DNA of 64,000 bases from Thalia democratica (Eukaryota). This document shows, one piece after another, positions 13,814 to 27,061 of the stretch. A program made the position numbers and the translations under genes. Numbering within the stretch: position 1 is the stretch's first letter; every line of letters starts with the position of its first letter. The stretch lies in contig OZ241828.1 in assembly GCA_965202585.1 (NCBI GenBank), positions 39,742,001 through 39,806,000 of the forward strand, written 5' to 3'. Under the pieces are notes generated by a model. The model was not told the DNA's origin. It ran no database searches and saw only the letters and a list, made by a program, of their open reading frames with translations.

Positions 13814-16800
13814 TTATCTGCAAGCTGCCGAACTTAAGCTTTGGCTTTTCAATCCGCCCTTGCCTTGCACTTGAAGGGGTTTTCCCTTGTACACAACTTC
13901 ACACTTGTCGTTGGTTTTCAAGTCTGGAAGAATTTTCTCGAGAATTTTCTTTTTAGGATTGATGAGCGCGTCGGGTTCTCCTGTTTGTTTTGAAAATCGA
14001 ATCATTTATTTGAGCATAGCTATTACGTTTTCTGTTATATTTTAATATGTAAAAATTATGCACTTAGAAGTTTATATGCGAGTCTTAAGTAATGAAAATA
14101 TTAAAAATGAAAGTCATTAGCTTTGAAATATAATATGACCAACCTGAGAATCCCTCAACAGTGATTTTGTCACCGGCAAGAGCGTCAGCTGGCGGATCGA
14201 TTATTTCAACTTTTCCGTCTTCGGACGCCGCACACATCACCATTCCCTGTGAAACTTCGCCTCTGATCTTGTTCGGCTTCAAATTGCAAAACACGATCAC
14301 GTGACGACCCTGCATCTGTTACCAATATTGTTTAAATTTATCATTCTATCAGTAGAATTATTTTCTTATAGAGTTTTGGTAAAACCTCAAGTACTTTTTC
14401 TACTATTTTGTTAATACAAGTACTTTCTAACATAAAACACTCACAAACATAACAACACCGAAGTTTCTAAAAATTGGATTTTAAAATTATTAAACCTCAA
14501 AAAATTTTGTGATACTGTAAAAAACATACTTCTTAACTTTAAATAAGTACAATACATACATATTTATTCTCCTTTTTTTTTATATTAAAAAATTTTAGAA
14601 TAAAACTGTTGGCAATTACAAAAAATGTGTGGATAAGAATGTTCTTCCTTGCAAACAACATCTGGTAGTTTTACAACAGCTTATTACTCAAAAACTCAAA
14701 TAATATAAATTTACTTAGTCGAATTGAAAGCATTTGAAACTTACTTTATCAATAGTGACGTGCTTTCGAACACCAGTCACGATATTTCTTGGTTCCTTCT
14801 CACCAACGTCCATTTTTTCCACATACAAACTGTCGGCACCTTCATGGTACTTAACTTCAACTATCTTGCCTGTTGTCAATAAAACGATTGCCTTAAATTT
14901 ACACACAACTTGATGTATGCTTGTTACAGAAAAAAATAGCTTTCCATTTACCTTCTTAGATGTTTTCCTTGGTTTTTTATGAATGAAACTGAGAAGAAAA
15001 TTAAAATTCCTAATTGAATTTAATAAACCCTTTTCTCATTGACATTTGCTTTTAAAAGAAAACAATATCAGACGTATTTCAAAGCATTGAAAAATTTCCA
15101 ACAGTAAAACTCTCAAATTATCAAAAATTTCAAACTCAACACTTACCGACGCGCAGATCGATTCTGGAAATGTCAACTGGAGCTTGAGTGTCTCCCCCGG
15201 CCTTCTTGTCTTCGCCCTTCTTCTCCTTCTTCACTTTTTGCTTCTTTTGAGCTTTTTTGTTGTCCGCTGCCAGTATTTAAACAACAAATTTGTAAGAACA
15301 AAACTTTTAACATTATCAAGTTATCTCAATTTTTACACTACTGGTTGTTGTAAGCAATCATTCTAAAGATAAGATGATGAAGTAAATTCTGAATATTAAA
15401 ATTTAATTTAATGAATACTTTTTTGGATCGATTGATATCAGTACTGTGGATATTATTTACAATTGCATAAAATCGAACTTGAACAACCTTAACAGGATCT
15501 TTATGATTTTTTTAATAAAACATGAAAATTTATAAAGTAATTATTCGTGCTACTTATTATAAATTATGTGGTAAGGTAATGGATCAAGTTTATTAAAAAA
15601 ACATACAAGATTTTAATAAGTGTTTAAATACAGTCATAAGTTTTATGTATTAAAACATAACATACCCAAATCTTTTCAAGTACAGATTCTGAAAGATTTA
15701 AACTTTACATTTTATTACAAGTCATTTGCTTTATATTTTTGTCAAATGAGTCAACTAAATACATACAACAAAATATTATTTAACTTCTAAATAACTTTAA
15801 CATACATACCATCAAATCAAAAAAAAAGATAACTGAGACATAGCATTTATTTTCATAATTAAAAACACATACTACATAAAGTAAAGAATCATAGTTCTTA
15901 AATTTAGTTTTCATCAAAAAATTGTAAAATTCATATTGAAACTTTTCTTTTGATTTTAAAGCACTTATACTAAAGTTTCAAAACTACACAGCAATAAATA
16001 AAAGATGATAATTTTTTTTATAAAATTTATTTAAGTCATTAATAATTAAGTATTTTCTTCAACTCATTCTTATTTTTTACATAATAAAGCTTAAAGTTGC
16101 TTTTTACAGCATTTTAAATTTAATTTAACTTTTAAGTTAGAAGCAATCAAAATTTAAATGTTCAATAGGCAATAGGACATGTGAATTAAAACTGCAATAA
16201 AAAAAAATTAAAAGATATATATTTTACTATTTTTCAGCAATTGTATTCATACTTTTTCTAAGTGATCCTATTGAAATAATGAAAACTTGAAAGAAAGTAA
16301 ATTTTAATTTTTAACTAAAAATTTCTAAGACATTTTTTATGGTCGACTTCTACCAACTTACTTTTTTTTTGAAAAAAAAAAACTTCTTTAAAATTTGGTG
16401 CAAATAGCTTTAGAAACTAAAGAGAAAGATATTTTGTATTTTAAAATAAATCATCCTCTTACTTTGTGTTGAAAACTTTTTACAAAACTATACATTATAA
16501 GTTGAAATTTTTATGTTGTTTAAACTGTTAGTCTCCACTATAGGAATTTTAGCAGAATACTGATAAAATAGTGGTAAAAGATACATATGTATACAACTAC
16601 TTATTTTTACTTTTGTTAACTAAACAACTTTTTTTTTTTTGCCTAAATTTAATTAAATATTTTCGTTTTATTCATCCTATGCTTGGTTATTGAAAAAAAA
16701 ATATTGTTTAGATTAATGAAAAAATCAATTATGATAAACTAAAAACATATTTATTAACCCTAGAAAAAATAAACTTTTAATAATTAAAAATATTTTCAAA

Positions 16801-18404
16801 TATTAATCTTTTTGATTTGTTAGTTTACAAATTGGGAAATCTTACCAGATATGCAGTAGCTATTAAATTCTACACTAAGCAGATAAAAAAGTCATATTTT
16901 ATTTTTTAAGGCTACTTCAAACTATTTTATTTGTATTAATAATAATTAGCTAGAATTTTAATTTAAAAATACTTTAAAGAACATGAAGTATTTCAAGTAT
17001 ATTTTTTAATATTAAACCAACCATTAGGTTTCTGCTCTACTGGGTTGGTCTTCACTGGGGCAGGCTTTGCAACTGGGGCAGGCTTTGCAACTGGTGCAGG
17101 CTTGCTTCCTTTTGTTGGAAGAGGAACCTGCAACATTTTCGTAGTGTTATAAATCTATACAGAAAAATATCTTTGTTTATTTTGTTTTATCACTTTTACT
17201 ATAAACTTTTAAATATTTTTTTTTAGTTTAATAATTTTGACTTTGTAGTTAAATTTATTTTTTATTTCATTTACAAAAGGTAAAGTCAAGCATTCATTAT
17301 AATTAGTTTTCATTTATAACATAAAATTTAAAATAAAGTGGAGCAATATTTAGGGTTGCCACTCTTTAAGTTAAAAAACTGCATTGAGTGACTAAAGACT
17401 GTCTTAAGTAAGCTTAAATTATCCTGAGTCATCCGAGTTTTTTCAAAGACTTGAAAAGTTTTTTTCATTTTTTTCAAAATTAATAAAAATCATGTTCTTT
17501 AACAAAATTGGTTATATAATAACAAATATTAATTATAAATTAATTAAATCTCATTCAAAGTCTAGAAAAAAATCTGTCCTGAGATTAAATAAAAATATCA
17601 AGTTTTTTATAAAAAAACATACTGTCTTGAGTCAGCTTGAATTTACAAAAGGAATTCAAAATATCTTAAGTTATCCTGAGATTTCTTAAATCTAAAAATA
17701 TCCGAAATATGTGGCAACCCTGAATAGTTGAATATATGTTGGTTTTTGGAAATATATCTTTACTCAAAGATAATTCTTACTTTACTGCTGTCAAAACATT
17801 AAAATTGAAAATAAAATATTCAGTCTGGATTTTTATTTAATAGAGCAACAACATTTACAATTACTAAATTATTATTTTATTCATATTATTAATAAAAAAA
17901 TTAAATAATGTTTATGTTTTTAATTTTATATGAATGTTTAATTACTTGTACTTTTCCATTAGCTGTTTCAAGTGAAATAAGCTCTTTTTTTAGTACCTCA
18001 ACTTTGTCCTGAAGCTTTTTGTTTTCAGCTTCTAATTTCAATTTATATTCATCTTCTGCAAAGTGAGAAGAAAACTTTGTTATTTGATAGTTTTTTAAAT
18101 TCAAAGATAATAACTTTTTTGCCTTATTTCCAATCAACTGTGGATTCCAATTTTTGATAAAACCAGATTGAACAAAAATTTTTGTAATTAATGACATTAT
18201 TATAAGTAAATCTCTATTAATTAATTAAAACTATTAAAGTTAAATTTTAAAAATTCAAAAAAAAATAGTAATACATAAAATTAAGATAGTTTTTAACTTA
18301 CGCTTTTTCTTCAATATATCATTATGCAAGTCTCTTAATTTTAATAACTTTTCTTCAGTCTGTTTAACTCTTAGTTGAAAACCTTCAATAGACATATCAG
18401 ACAT
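13814..18404 (-). CDS. AIMP1: AIMP1 / pro-EMAP II (aminoacyl-tRNA synthetase complex-interacting protein 1), 7 exons, 300 aa
   Basis: Exons 18404-18302, 18055-17946, 17127-17022, 15266-15147, 14869-14745, 14315-14144, 13980-13814 total 903 nt, all phases consistent. N-terminal coiled coil (LKLEAENKKLQDKVEVLKKELISLETANG), Lys-rich linker, EMAP II tRNA-binding domain (DISRIDLRVGKIV..H.GADSLYVEK.DVGE; CNLKPNKIRGEVSQGMVMCA; GEPD..INPKKKI). Confidence 0.95.
17351..17722. mobile_element. Non-autonomous DNA transposon (MITE), (C/T)AGGGTTGCCA termini, in AIMP1 intron
   Basis: TAGGGTTGCCA at 17351 and TGGCAACCCTG ending at 17722; flanks AATATT / AATAGT (5 of 6 match, candidate 6-bp TSD); internal TCCTGAG/TCTTGAG motifs. 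Confidence 0.8.
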
Positions 18405-18948
18405 TTTTATAGAATTAAGTATAAATATCCTTTTAAATAGTTTATTTTGTTAGCTTTCAAACTAACTAGAGTAAACAAAAAATTTATGTTCCTTAAATAA
18501 ATTTCATATATTAAACATACATACTAGAAATGTACTAAAAAATACTACTAAACCAGACTATAAAATACTTGAGCAAAACCTAAAATTTTGAACAACATAA
18601 TTTTTTTAATTTATAAACACTTTATAACCTTTAAAATTTTATTAATGATAAGTAAAACATTCATAAACTATAGAGTTTTTAGGACTAAAAATAGTTATTT
18701 AAGTGCATTATACTTTACACAAACCTTTCAAATTGAAGTATTTAAACACTTATGTTTAAAATTGTCTTTATCAACATGGTCACCTAGTAGTAATTTTAAT
18801 TGTAGATTATTCTAATACAAAAAAAAAACTTATTTATAAATTCCTAGAAAAGCTTGCCTAAAAATTATTTTATATACTCAAAAAATTTACTAATTTATTT
18901 TATTTGGTCTACAATGCAAGTTACAAACAAGTGAGTTCAAAAAAATGT

Positions 18949-19371
18949 TTACATTTTGACAGTTTTTGTCTTGCAGATATCTGCGGTTCTGAGCATTCTC
19001 AGTTGCTTTTTCTTCATCCTCTTGATTTTAGCAGGGTTTGTTATAACTTGTACAACTTCAGACTTTCTCTGATTTTCTTCTTTAGTCTTCTTATGAGCTT
19101 CTACACGGCGTCTGTACTCCAATTTCTCTTGCCTTTTAATTTCACCAAGTTCTGCTTGATAGGCTTTAAGACTATTCAACTTTTTCTTTGCTGCCATTTT
19201 TCTTTCCCAAGATGACTTCAGTGGCTTGTCTTTTCCCATTGAAGTGAACCTTTGCTTGTTTGATTTCCAGGGCCTTCCAGATTTAGGAATACCTTTTACA
19301 TTACCACTAGCATCTAGTAACAGGTTCTGTTGGCTAGTAACAGAATTGGAAGGTGTTGCTACTTTAGTCAT
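18949..19371 (-). CDS. CCDC86: CCDC86 (Cgr1-like ribosome biogenesis factor), single exon, 140 aa
   Basis: ORF contains KGIPKSGRPWK...SSWERKM...EENQRKSEVVQVITNPAKIKRMKKKQLR, the CCDC86 signature. Confidence 0.93.
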   Translation of the reverse strand: MTKVATPSNSVTSQQNLLLDASGNVKGIPKSGRPWKSNKQRFTSMGKDKPLKSSWERKMAAKKKLNSLKAYQAELGEIKRQEKLEYRRRVEAHKKTKEENQRKSEVVQVITNPAKIKRMKKKQLRMLRTADICKTKTVKM

Positions 19372-19508
19372 TTTACAAAAATTCTGTTTAAGTAGATAAA
19401 ATTAGTAAAATGTTAGTAACTCATATTCACATTTTAAGTTTTGGATTGAAGTAAAATATATAAAAACAGCTAAAAAACATTTAGTCATTTTAGTGTATGT
19501 GTTTATTA

Positions 19509-19810
19509 CAGAGTTGTCTTACACTCAGGGTAATCAGGGGAACTAAGAATATTTTGAAGTTCTATAAAATGTCAGGGAAACTCAGAATATTTTGTCTTTT
19601 TTTTCAACCCAGGATAACTCAGAGCAGTTATGAATTTTTTTCTAAAAATCTCAGGACACTTTTAAGATTTTTTTAAATCACAGAACAGATATTTTCTACA
19701 TCTAGAATGAGATTTAGTTGATCCAGTTTTCACCATTAAGCTTTATAGTTATTTTATATACCTAATTTATGCATAAACATGATTTTCATTGATTTTGAAA
19801 TGCTTATTTA
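19509..19810. mobile_element. Partial, oppositely oriented copy of the AGGGTTGCCA MITE family
   Basis: Degenerate terminus CAGAGTTGTC at 19509; interior is the reverse complement of the 17351 element (e.g. AAACATGATTTTCATTGATTTTGAAA). The right end is approximate. Confidence 0.6.
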
Positions 19811-20507
19811 AAAATTGAATAGCCTTAAGGCTAGCTCTTTGTTATTATTAGAAATAAAATTGTAAGTTTTGTTTTAAACCTGATGTTATTATTTCTTGTG
19901 ATTTAAGTTTATTCATGCAAGTGAGTACTTTATTAGGTGGTAAAATTAAAGATAGTCAATTTAAATGTCAAAAAAAATTCTATCTCATTTCTATCATGTA
20001 TTAAGTTTTACTAACATGGTTACATTAAATTTTCCATAACTTAGTTTTTAATCTCAATTGATTTGAACTTTTATTCTGAATTTTTTTAAATAGTATTTCT
20101 CACAAGTTTAGTGAACATCTAATGCAGAAGCATACATGTACAATAGGGTGCATTTGTTGCCCCTCATAACTGAAAATTTTGTAGTAGAAGTTGAACTTAT
20201 TGTGCATCGCCAATCGCGTAAAAAGACAGCACTGAAAAAGTATTAGCTTTCTAGATTTTACCACCATAGCACTTTTTACACTTTTTTAAAAACAACCCCT
20301 TTGTAAATTGTATGGGACTTTAAATATCCTGATATTTTGGCTGAAAATTATTGTACATGAAGCAATTACCACAAAAACACATTCTATGCATTATAAGACA
20401 GTTTAAAGGAAGTTTTATGAATTTTCTGAAAAACATAAAATTGACAATAAAAGTTTTAAAAATTGAGAAAATTAATATATCCAATATTCAAATTGATAAA
20501 TAAAGAA

Positions 20508-20875
20508 CATGATTGCGACTCTTTGAGTCAGAAAAACTATCCTGAGTGACCAAAAACTGTTCTGAGATATCAGATTTTTTTTTCAAATATATTGTTGGAT
20601 ACTTTTAATCAATAGAAATCAAGTTCCTTAACAAAATTGGTTGTAAAATATTGATACTAAATTAACTAAACCTCATTGAAAATATAGAAAAAAATCTGTT
20701 TTAAGATTATAAAAAACCCAATGAGTTTTTCATAAGAAAACAATACTATCTTGAGTTTAAAAAAAAAAGTAAAAAGATCTGGATTTATACTTAGCTGGAT
20801 GAGTTATTCTGAGATTTTCAAAAACTTCAAAATATCCAGAGATATCCTGAGTATCCTGAATATATGGCAACCCTG
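20508..20875. mobile_element. Copy of the AGGGTTGCCA MITE family
   Basis: CATGATTGCGACTC at 20508, TGGCAACCCTG ending at 20875; interior collinear with 17351-17722 (AACAAAATTGGTT, TAGAAAAAAATCTG, TATCCTGAG). Confidence 0.75.
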
Positions 20876-23249
20876 AGAGGAGAATTTTGATTAAAATGAA
20901 CTTTAAAGTTTCAGAGATAATTGTCAATGAAGAAATTGTAGTTCATTTTCGATGAAAACAACTTTTTTTTTCAATAGTTGAAATTAAAATAAAAACATTT
21001 TTTTTATTAAATTAACATATGTTTCTGTGTTTTAATAAGTTAATACACTTCAATTGTCCTAATCAAGTCCTGCAAAGTAAACTCAACTTTTCTTCTTAAC
21101 ACACAGAAACATATGTTAGTTCAATTAAGAAAAAATTCCTAGGTTATCTTGAGTAGTCTCAGTGTGTGGGAGCCTTGGTTTATTTAAAAATGTTTATGCT
21201 TATGTATCAGGATTGCCACTATTTGGGACACAAAAGCCAGCCTGAATTACAAAAAACTAACCTTAGTTGTGTTAGTCTGAGTTTATGGGGGACAGTATGC
21301 CAAAAACTGAAAAAAAAATAATTGCTTAAATACAGAAAATCCATTCTTTGAGGCAAAATATTCAGACTGAGTGAGTATGCTGAATTAAATTTAACTAGCC
21401 TAATCTTATAATAATATTGATAGAAAATATAATATGAGACAAATACTAAAAAAAATGTTAATCAACCTGAATTAATCATTAATACTAAATCAATAACAAT
21501 AATAGTCATTAAAAACACAAACTTTAAGAATAAAAAAAATGTTAATCTAAAAATAATATTTCAAGATTCTTATAAACCTTCATGTACATGGTTGCTGTAT
21601 GATTTTTTTTCAGGTTTTTGAAAGTACAAGTATTTTGTCCATCATAAGTAAAAAATTCAATTTTAGGTATAAAATTGTCTCAAATAGCACAAAATATTGA
21701 AGATAAACTGTAAGCTACTTTGAAAGTGCAATATAAAAACAAAATTTATTGGTAGAAAAAAAATGTTGTATATGATAGATTTTGGGTACATTCTAAAAGT
21801 TTCATTGTTAAAATGTCAAAATTGTATAAATTTCCAGGTTTTTTGGTGATTTTTGTTCAAAATTCCAGGTTTTTTTAAGTTTGTTGAATTCCATGTTATT
21901 TTTACCAAAATTGTCAAATTCTAGTTTAATTATCAACCCTGCACCTAGCCTTGAAAAAGTTTTAACTAGCCTGTTTTTTTTAAATAGGCCTAGTGTGTAG
22001 CAATAATTTTTTAGTTTTTACATTCACTGTCTCAGCCCTCAGGAATGAAATCTGGCTACAAGACAATTTTTAAGATAATTAAAATTTAGAGAAATATAAT
22101 TTGCTATTGAAATAAAAGTTAACTTTACGCTACAAACATGTAAACAATTTTAATTGTTTTTAAAAATAAATACATATCCATCATATATATGTGCTATAGT
22201 TTAATGAACAACAAATAAGTACAATAAAAATATTGTAGTGTACAAAGTACTTTCTAGTTCTTAATAATAAGAAGTAATAAAAGAGATACATGATAGTAAT
22301 AAATAAATAGTAACAATAAGTAATGATAATAAATATAAATAATACTAAAATAGTAAAAGTAAATAGGGAAAAACTTAAGAAATATTTCTGGACTTCACAA
22401 TTTCAACGCATAATATTTTCTTTATTCTTACAGTATATTTTTACAAAATTTTTTAACCAAAATATATATATTCTTTTTTTTTTAGTAAGGATTTAATGGG
22501 ATGGTGCTAGAGCCCATAGAAAAAGTTGGAAATTTATTGACTAATTTTTACTTAGACTCGTTGGTGAACAAATTATATTGACAGATTTTTTTTAATAGAC
22601 TTAATATTTTTGAGCCACTTTTGGGTTTTTCAGTTTCGGTCTTTGATAAAGGTCTTCTTTTTAGAGCAGAAAATATTTAGTTTGAGGGGAATGTAATTTG
22701 CTGAGAATTTATGAATACTTTGTTAAATATATTTAAAAACCAAAAGTTACTAGTTTTTATCTTTTTTTTAACTTAGAAACTACAAAAAGGTCTGTAAATA
22801 TTTCTAAGTTTAAGTAAAATGTTTTTAACAAAAAACTATTTTTTTTTTATAGAATATTTAACAAAATAATCCTAATTGCTCAGTGAATTAAGATTTATTT
22901 AAAACAAAATATTTTTTCCCAGGCAAGGAAACCCAAGTAAAAGACCAAAACTGAAAAAGTCAAAAATGGATAATATTTTGAAAACTAAAAAGTTTTTTTA
23001 AACAACACTGAGCAATAAATCTTATTAACTAAAGATTTTTTTTTTTTAATTATAAAATTCTATGTATATATCGTGTTATGTTACTAAAAATTAAAAAAAC
23101 CAAAATGTCTTATTTTTCTATTAGTTCTTCTAGGACCCTCACTTCTCAGTAAACCCTAACTTTAGAAAAATGTTAGTTATAAGCTTACATAATTTAACGA
23201 TTAATTTCTGTATAAAAATTACCGTAACATTTATTGTAATTTCATGTAA

Positions 23250-23367
23250 TCTTGGACAAGACCGTAAAAGGTATCCGTAGTGTGCTATTCGTTAACCGAT
23301 AGGTTCCTCGTGCACCAGGTCCTAGGACCATATATTTTGAGCGTCTTTCTTTTGTCGTTCAACAAAC
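23250..23367 (+). repeat. Copy of the ~120-nt structured dispersed element
   Basis: TCTTGGACAAGACCGTAAAAGGTATCCGTAGTGTGC...AACCGATAGGTTCCTCGTGCACCAGGTCCTAGGACCATATATTTTGAGCGTCTT...TGTCGTTCAACAAAC. Confidence 0.9.
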
Positions 23368-24342
23368 TTTAATTGTAAGAACAAAGGAATTGTTATGTGC
23401 TGAAATTAGTATGTTAATATTTTTTGTGAATGTCGTAAATAACCAAACTTATGGCCTTGTAACTGGTTTGTCAGTTTTCAACTTATAAATATAAGTTTTT
23501 TGTATTTCAATGATGAAACTAAATGGTTAGAATATTGTAAAATAAATAGAGAATTTAGATAAATATTGTAAAATTATAAATAATAGTTATAGAAAACAAC
23601 TTAAAAATTAGATTTTTTAACTAGTAAAAAAGACATTTAAATATTACCTAAACTTGAAACTATAAACCAAATAAAACTTATTAACTTTTTATACTAAAAG
23701 TACTACGAAAATTATCACTTCGATAAACTGTTTTTTTTTTGTAGATTATCGAAAATTAGCATAAAGAGTTTGAGTATCAGAGAAGATCAAGATCAGATAT
23801 AAATATAATTTTATGGTTTCGTTTCGAAACACCGTTTTCTTATTAAAAAATAAAATGAAATACTTAGACAAAAATTTCATCATCTAAAGTCAAGTAAATG
23901 AAAAAAGCTAAACTCAAAAATAAAAAATAAAAATTGCGCAATTTTGAATCATTCTGCTCTTTTTAATTCTATTAAGTGTCCATTTAAAAATTTAAACTAG
24001 TTAAGTACATCTATTATCGTTTATAACTAGCAGATTCTCCAAAATATTAATGTAGCTCTGCAATTTAAACATTGAATACTTAATAAACAGTTTTTTTTTT
24101 AATAAAAAGTTATGCTCTAGTGACTTTGTGGCTGTTTATCAATTAAAATCTGGTAGCTATGATACTAAGCAAGCTTTTTTACAGTTAGAAGTTGTTACCT
24201 AAACAAAATATCATTATTTTTTTACTTATTTGTCATGTAGATAAAAGACTAAAACAATTGAGAATACTTTTGACAAAAATGTTTATTCATGCAGTTTTTT
24301 TTTTCATTTAAAGCTGTATAGTTTTAATTAGTATAAGTACTT

Positions 24343-24430
24343 GGGTGTGCGCCCGATGTCCGAGAGGTCTTTTCCGATGCCCACGTTCTTGGACTTAAGT
24401 ATTTATCAGCATCTTTTCGTTTCGTTTTTT
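24343..24430 (+). repeat. Diverged partial copy of the ~120-nt structured element
   Basis: GGGTGTGCGCCCGATGTCCGAGAGGTC...GTTCTTGGACTTAAGTATTTATCAGCATCTTTT; same motif order, GNRA loop retained. Confidence 0.6.
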
Positions 24431-26431
24431 TTGTTTAATAAACTTACAATGAGTACAACAGCCTTTGTTGGAAATTTAAAGTTAAATTAATAATACTTTT
24501 ACTTCCCTGAAAAATGAAGAAATAGAAGATAAACTGTTCTGTATTATCAAAAAATTAATGTCAAAAATAGAATTTACTTTACTAAAATGTAAAAATTAAA
24601 GTCTTAAGTAAATACTAACTGTATTTAGTTTATTTTTTCAACCTGAAATCCATGAATAAGATGTAAAAAGTTCTATTGTAACATGCAGAAGTCTTATACT
24701 TTTCAGTATAAACATTGCGAATATAAGTTGTCAGACATAGAACAAAAAATGACCGATAAGTATTAAAAAAAAAAACATTAAACAATCGTGAATAATAAGC
24801 ATCAACTAAGATGATAGCTTTGAAAAGCTTTTTTATATGCGTAGATTGTTTTAAAATATGCTTGCACAATTTTTATGCATGTATGTTTTTGTATACATAA
24901 TCCTACAAACAGCGTTTTTATTTTCTGCTTTATTTTTTACATTCTGACGCTAGAATTGTTTAGATTGTTTTCAAAGTGAAAAGTAGCTAACAAAGAGAAA
25001 CACTTTTAATAATTAAAATTTATAAAAGTCAGCTTCTATATTCTTTTCTCTATTTTTTCGTTTCTAATTAGCACAGGCGGCTAAATTCTAATCTAAACAA
25101 ACCTTAACATTATATTAAATAAAAAGTTATAGTACAACTTGCTTTTAAACCCGGCTAAAAATAAACTAGTCAAGTTATACAGTTAGATTGCTTTGTCAGC
25201 TTTTTACTACTGTTAAGTTGTAAGATAGTTGTGTAACACCAACAAGTGTTAACTACTTTCGTCAAACTCGGTTTGTGTATTGTAAAAGTACAAATAATTT
25301 TGTGAAAGTATTTTGTCAGAGTTATTTATCTAAAAATTTTCATAAATTAATTCTTTTTATAATTAGTTTTCTAATTTTAATTTACAAATTGATTATTTAC
25401 AATTTGTATTTATAACTTTTTTGTGTAAAAACTTGCCTAAATAGTACAATAAAGCTTTAAAAATATTATAAACTTCTGGTATGTATAAATCTATCCGCTT
25501 ATAAAACTATGATCCATTTGAGTTTTTTATTTTTTTATAATCTTTGGGTTAATCCGACTTGTTAAGTAATAAAATATTGTTCCTTTTTTTTTTTCCTAGA
25601 TTGCAACTCTTAAACTATCGTAGTTAAATGCATAGTCAAATGCATAGTTAAAGACCTTAGTCAAAATCAAAACTAACAGCGAAACAGAATACGAAAATAG
25701 TAATGAAGTCTAATAACTAAACTGTTTTGCTTTAATTAAAGGATTAAATTGTACTATGGATTGTTTAATATAATATATACCGATAATAACAACTAAAACT
25801 TGCAAAGGTTGTTTTAAATTATTATTGTTAATTTTATTGGTGCAGCAAATTTTTAAGTAACTTCTTTGGTTTGTTAAAACTATTAGTGAAAACTATAATA
25901 CTAGATATTGTATAATTTTAAACATTATTCTAAATAATATAAACTTAATTTTGTCATCAACGTAGTAAATTTTATTTCTAACTACTCGATTGATTATAAA
26001 CTATTTAGAAAATCTTTAGCATAAGTATTACAATTATAATAACGATATTTTTATAACTCATTTAGTATTACTATAAAACAATTTTGTTCAAAATTTATAA
26101 AATTTTCTTACAGCTGCTAGATAAGATAAATATTTGTTTTCTTAACAAACGCAAAGGACAGCAAAACTAAAAAGAAAGGTCTAAGTCAAAGTTTTTTTTT
26201 TTTAAACAGTATAATTGGAACGGAAGCGAAAACTATTTAAAAGAAATTAAAACTAAAAAAAACCTCTTAATTAATCATTATTAAAATTTAATAAACGGTT
26301 AGTACGCAAAACTAAAATAATAATATTTTGTAAAATTTAATTTCTTAGAACTTATAAAATTTATTATGACGTATTCTCTTTTTAGTCGTTGTTGCAAATT
26401 TTTATTCAAAAAATAAAAATCAATCAGAGTC

Positions 26432-27061
26432 ATGATGCGCAAACGTGCGAATTTTATCTTCTACAAACTAATTTTAGGAGTAGTTGTCTCACCGCTGATA
26501 TACTTTACAAAAGTCTACAAAAAAAAAAAGTTCAGCGTTTTTTCATACATAATTGGTAGTGGTTATGGAGAAATCAGTAGAAGTTCAATTTTTATTTCAA
26601 CCACCGAAAAGAAACGAAGTTTTGTTGAATATCTTTATTATTTTTTCAAGGTCGAACCTGAAAAAAAGCAAAGTTTTTATGAAAAGATATGGAGCAACAT
26701 TTTCAAGAAAGAACAAAAAGCTAAAAGTCTGCTGGATGTAGTTTTTGATTTATTACCATGGAAAGAAAAAGCAGTAGTAACTTGGCAGGAAAAAATATTT
26801 TCACACGTAGATAAATCAACTTCAGTTGTATCCGAATTTTTTATGCACCTTTGTGGATTTCAAAAACTGAAGAAAAACAGTTTTACCGAAATTTTAACTT
26901 CTCATCTCATGGATTTTATTCTTGATATGAAAGAAGTGGTAGCTGAAAATACCATGCTTGTGTATTTTACAATAGCAGTAATTGTCTTCTTGTATTTTCT
27001 TTTGAGAGAAAAAGAAGAAGATAAGAACAATTGGAAGACGAAAGCTATAAAGACGATTTAA
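26432..27061 (+). CDS. Intronless 209-aa orphan ORF with N- and C-terminal hydrophobic segments and an internal ~18-aa repeat
   Basis: A 630-nt open frame is improbable by chance in DNA this AT-rich; pyrimidine tract plus AG at 26371-26385 just upstream of the ATG; no family recognised. Confidence 0.7.
   Translation: MMRKRANFIFYKLILGVVVSPLIYFTKVYKKKKFSVFSYIIGSGYGEISRSSIFISTTEKKRSFVEYLYYFFKVEPEKKQSFYEKIWSNIFKKEQKAKSLLDVVFDLLPWKEKAVVTWQEKIFSHVDKSTSVVSEFFMHLCGFQKLKKNSFTEILTSHLMDFILDMKEVVAENTMLVYFTIAVIVFLYFLLREKEEDKNNWKTKAIKTI

Noticed and set aside
18904-19215. 103-aa plus-strand ORF
   Set aside because: Antisense shadow of the Lys/Glu-rich CCDC86 coding sequence.
22500-23100. Several decayed inverted-repeat pairs (also ~3170-3650 and ~12460-12650)
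   Set aside because: Probably old MITE remnants; ends and TSDs could not be defined well enough to call.
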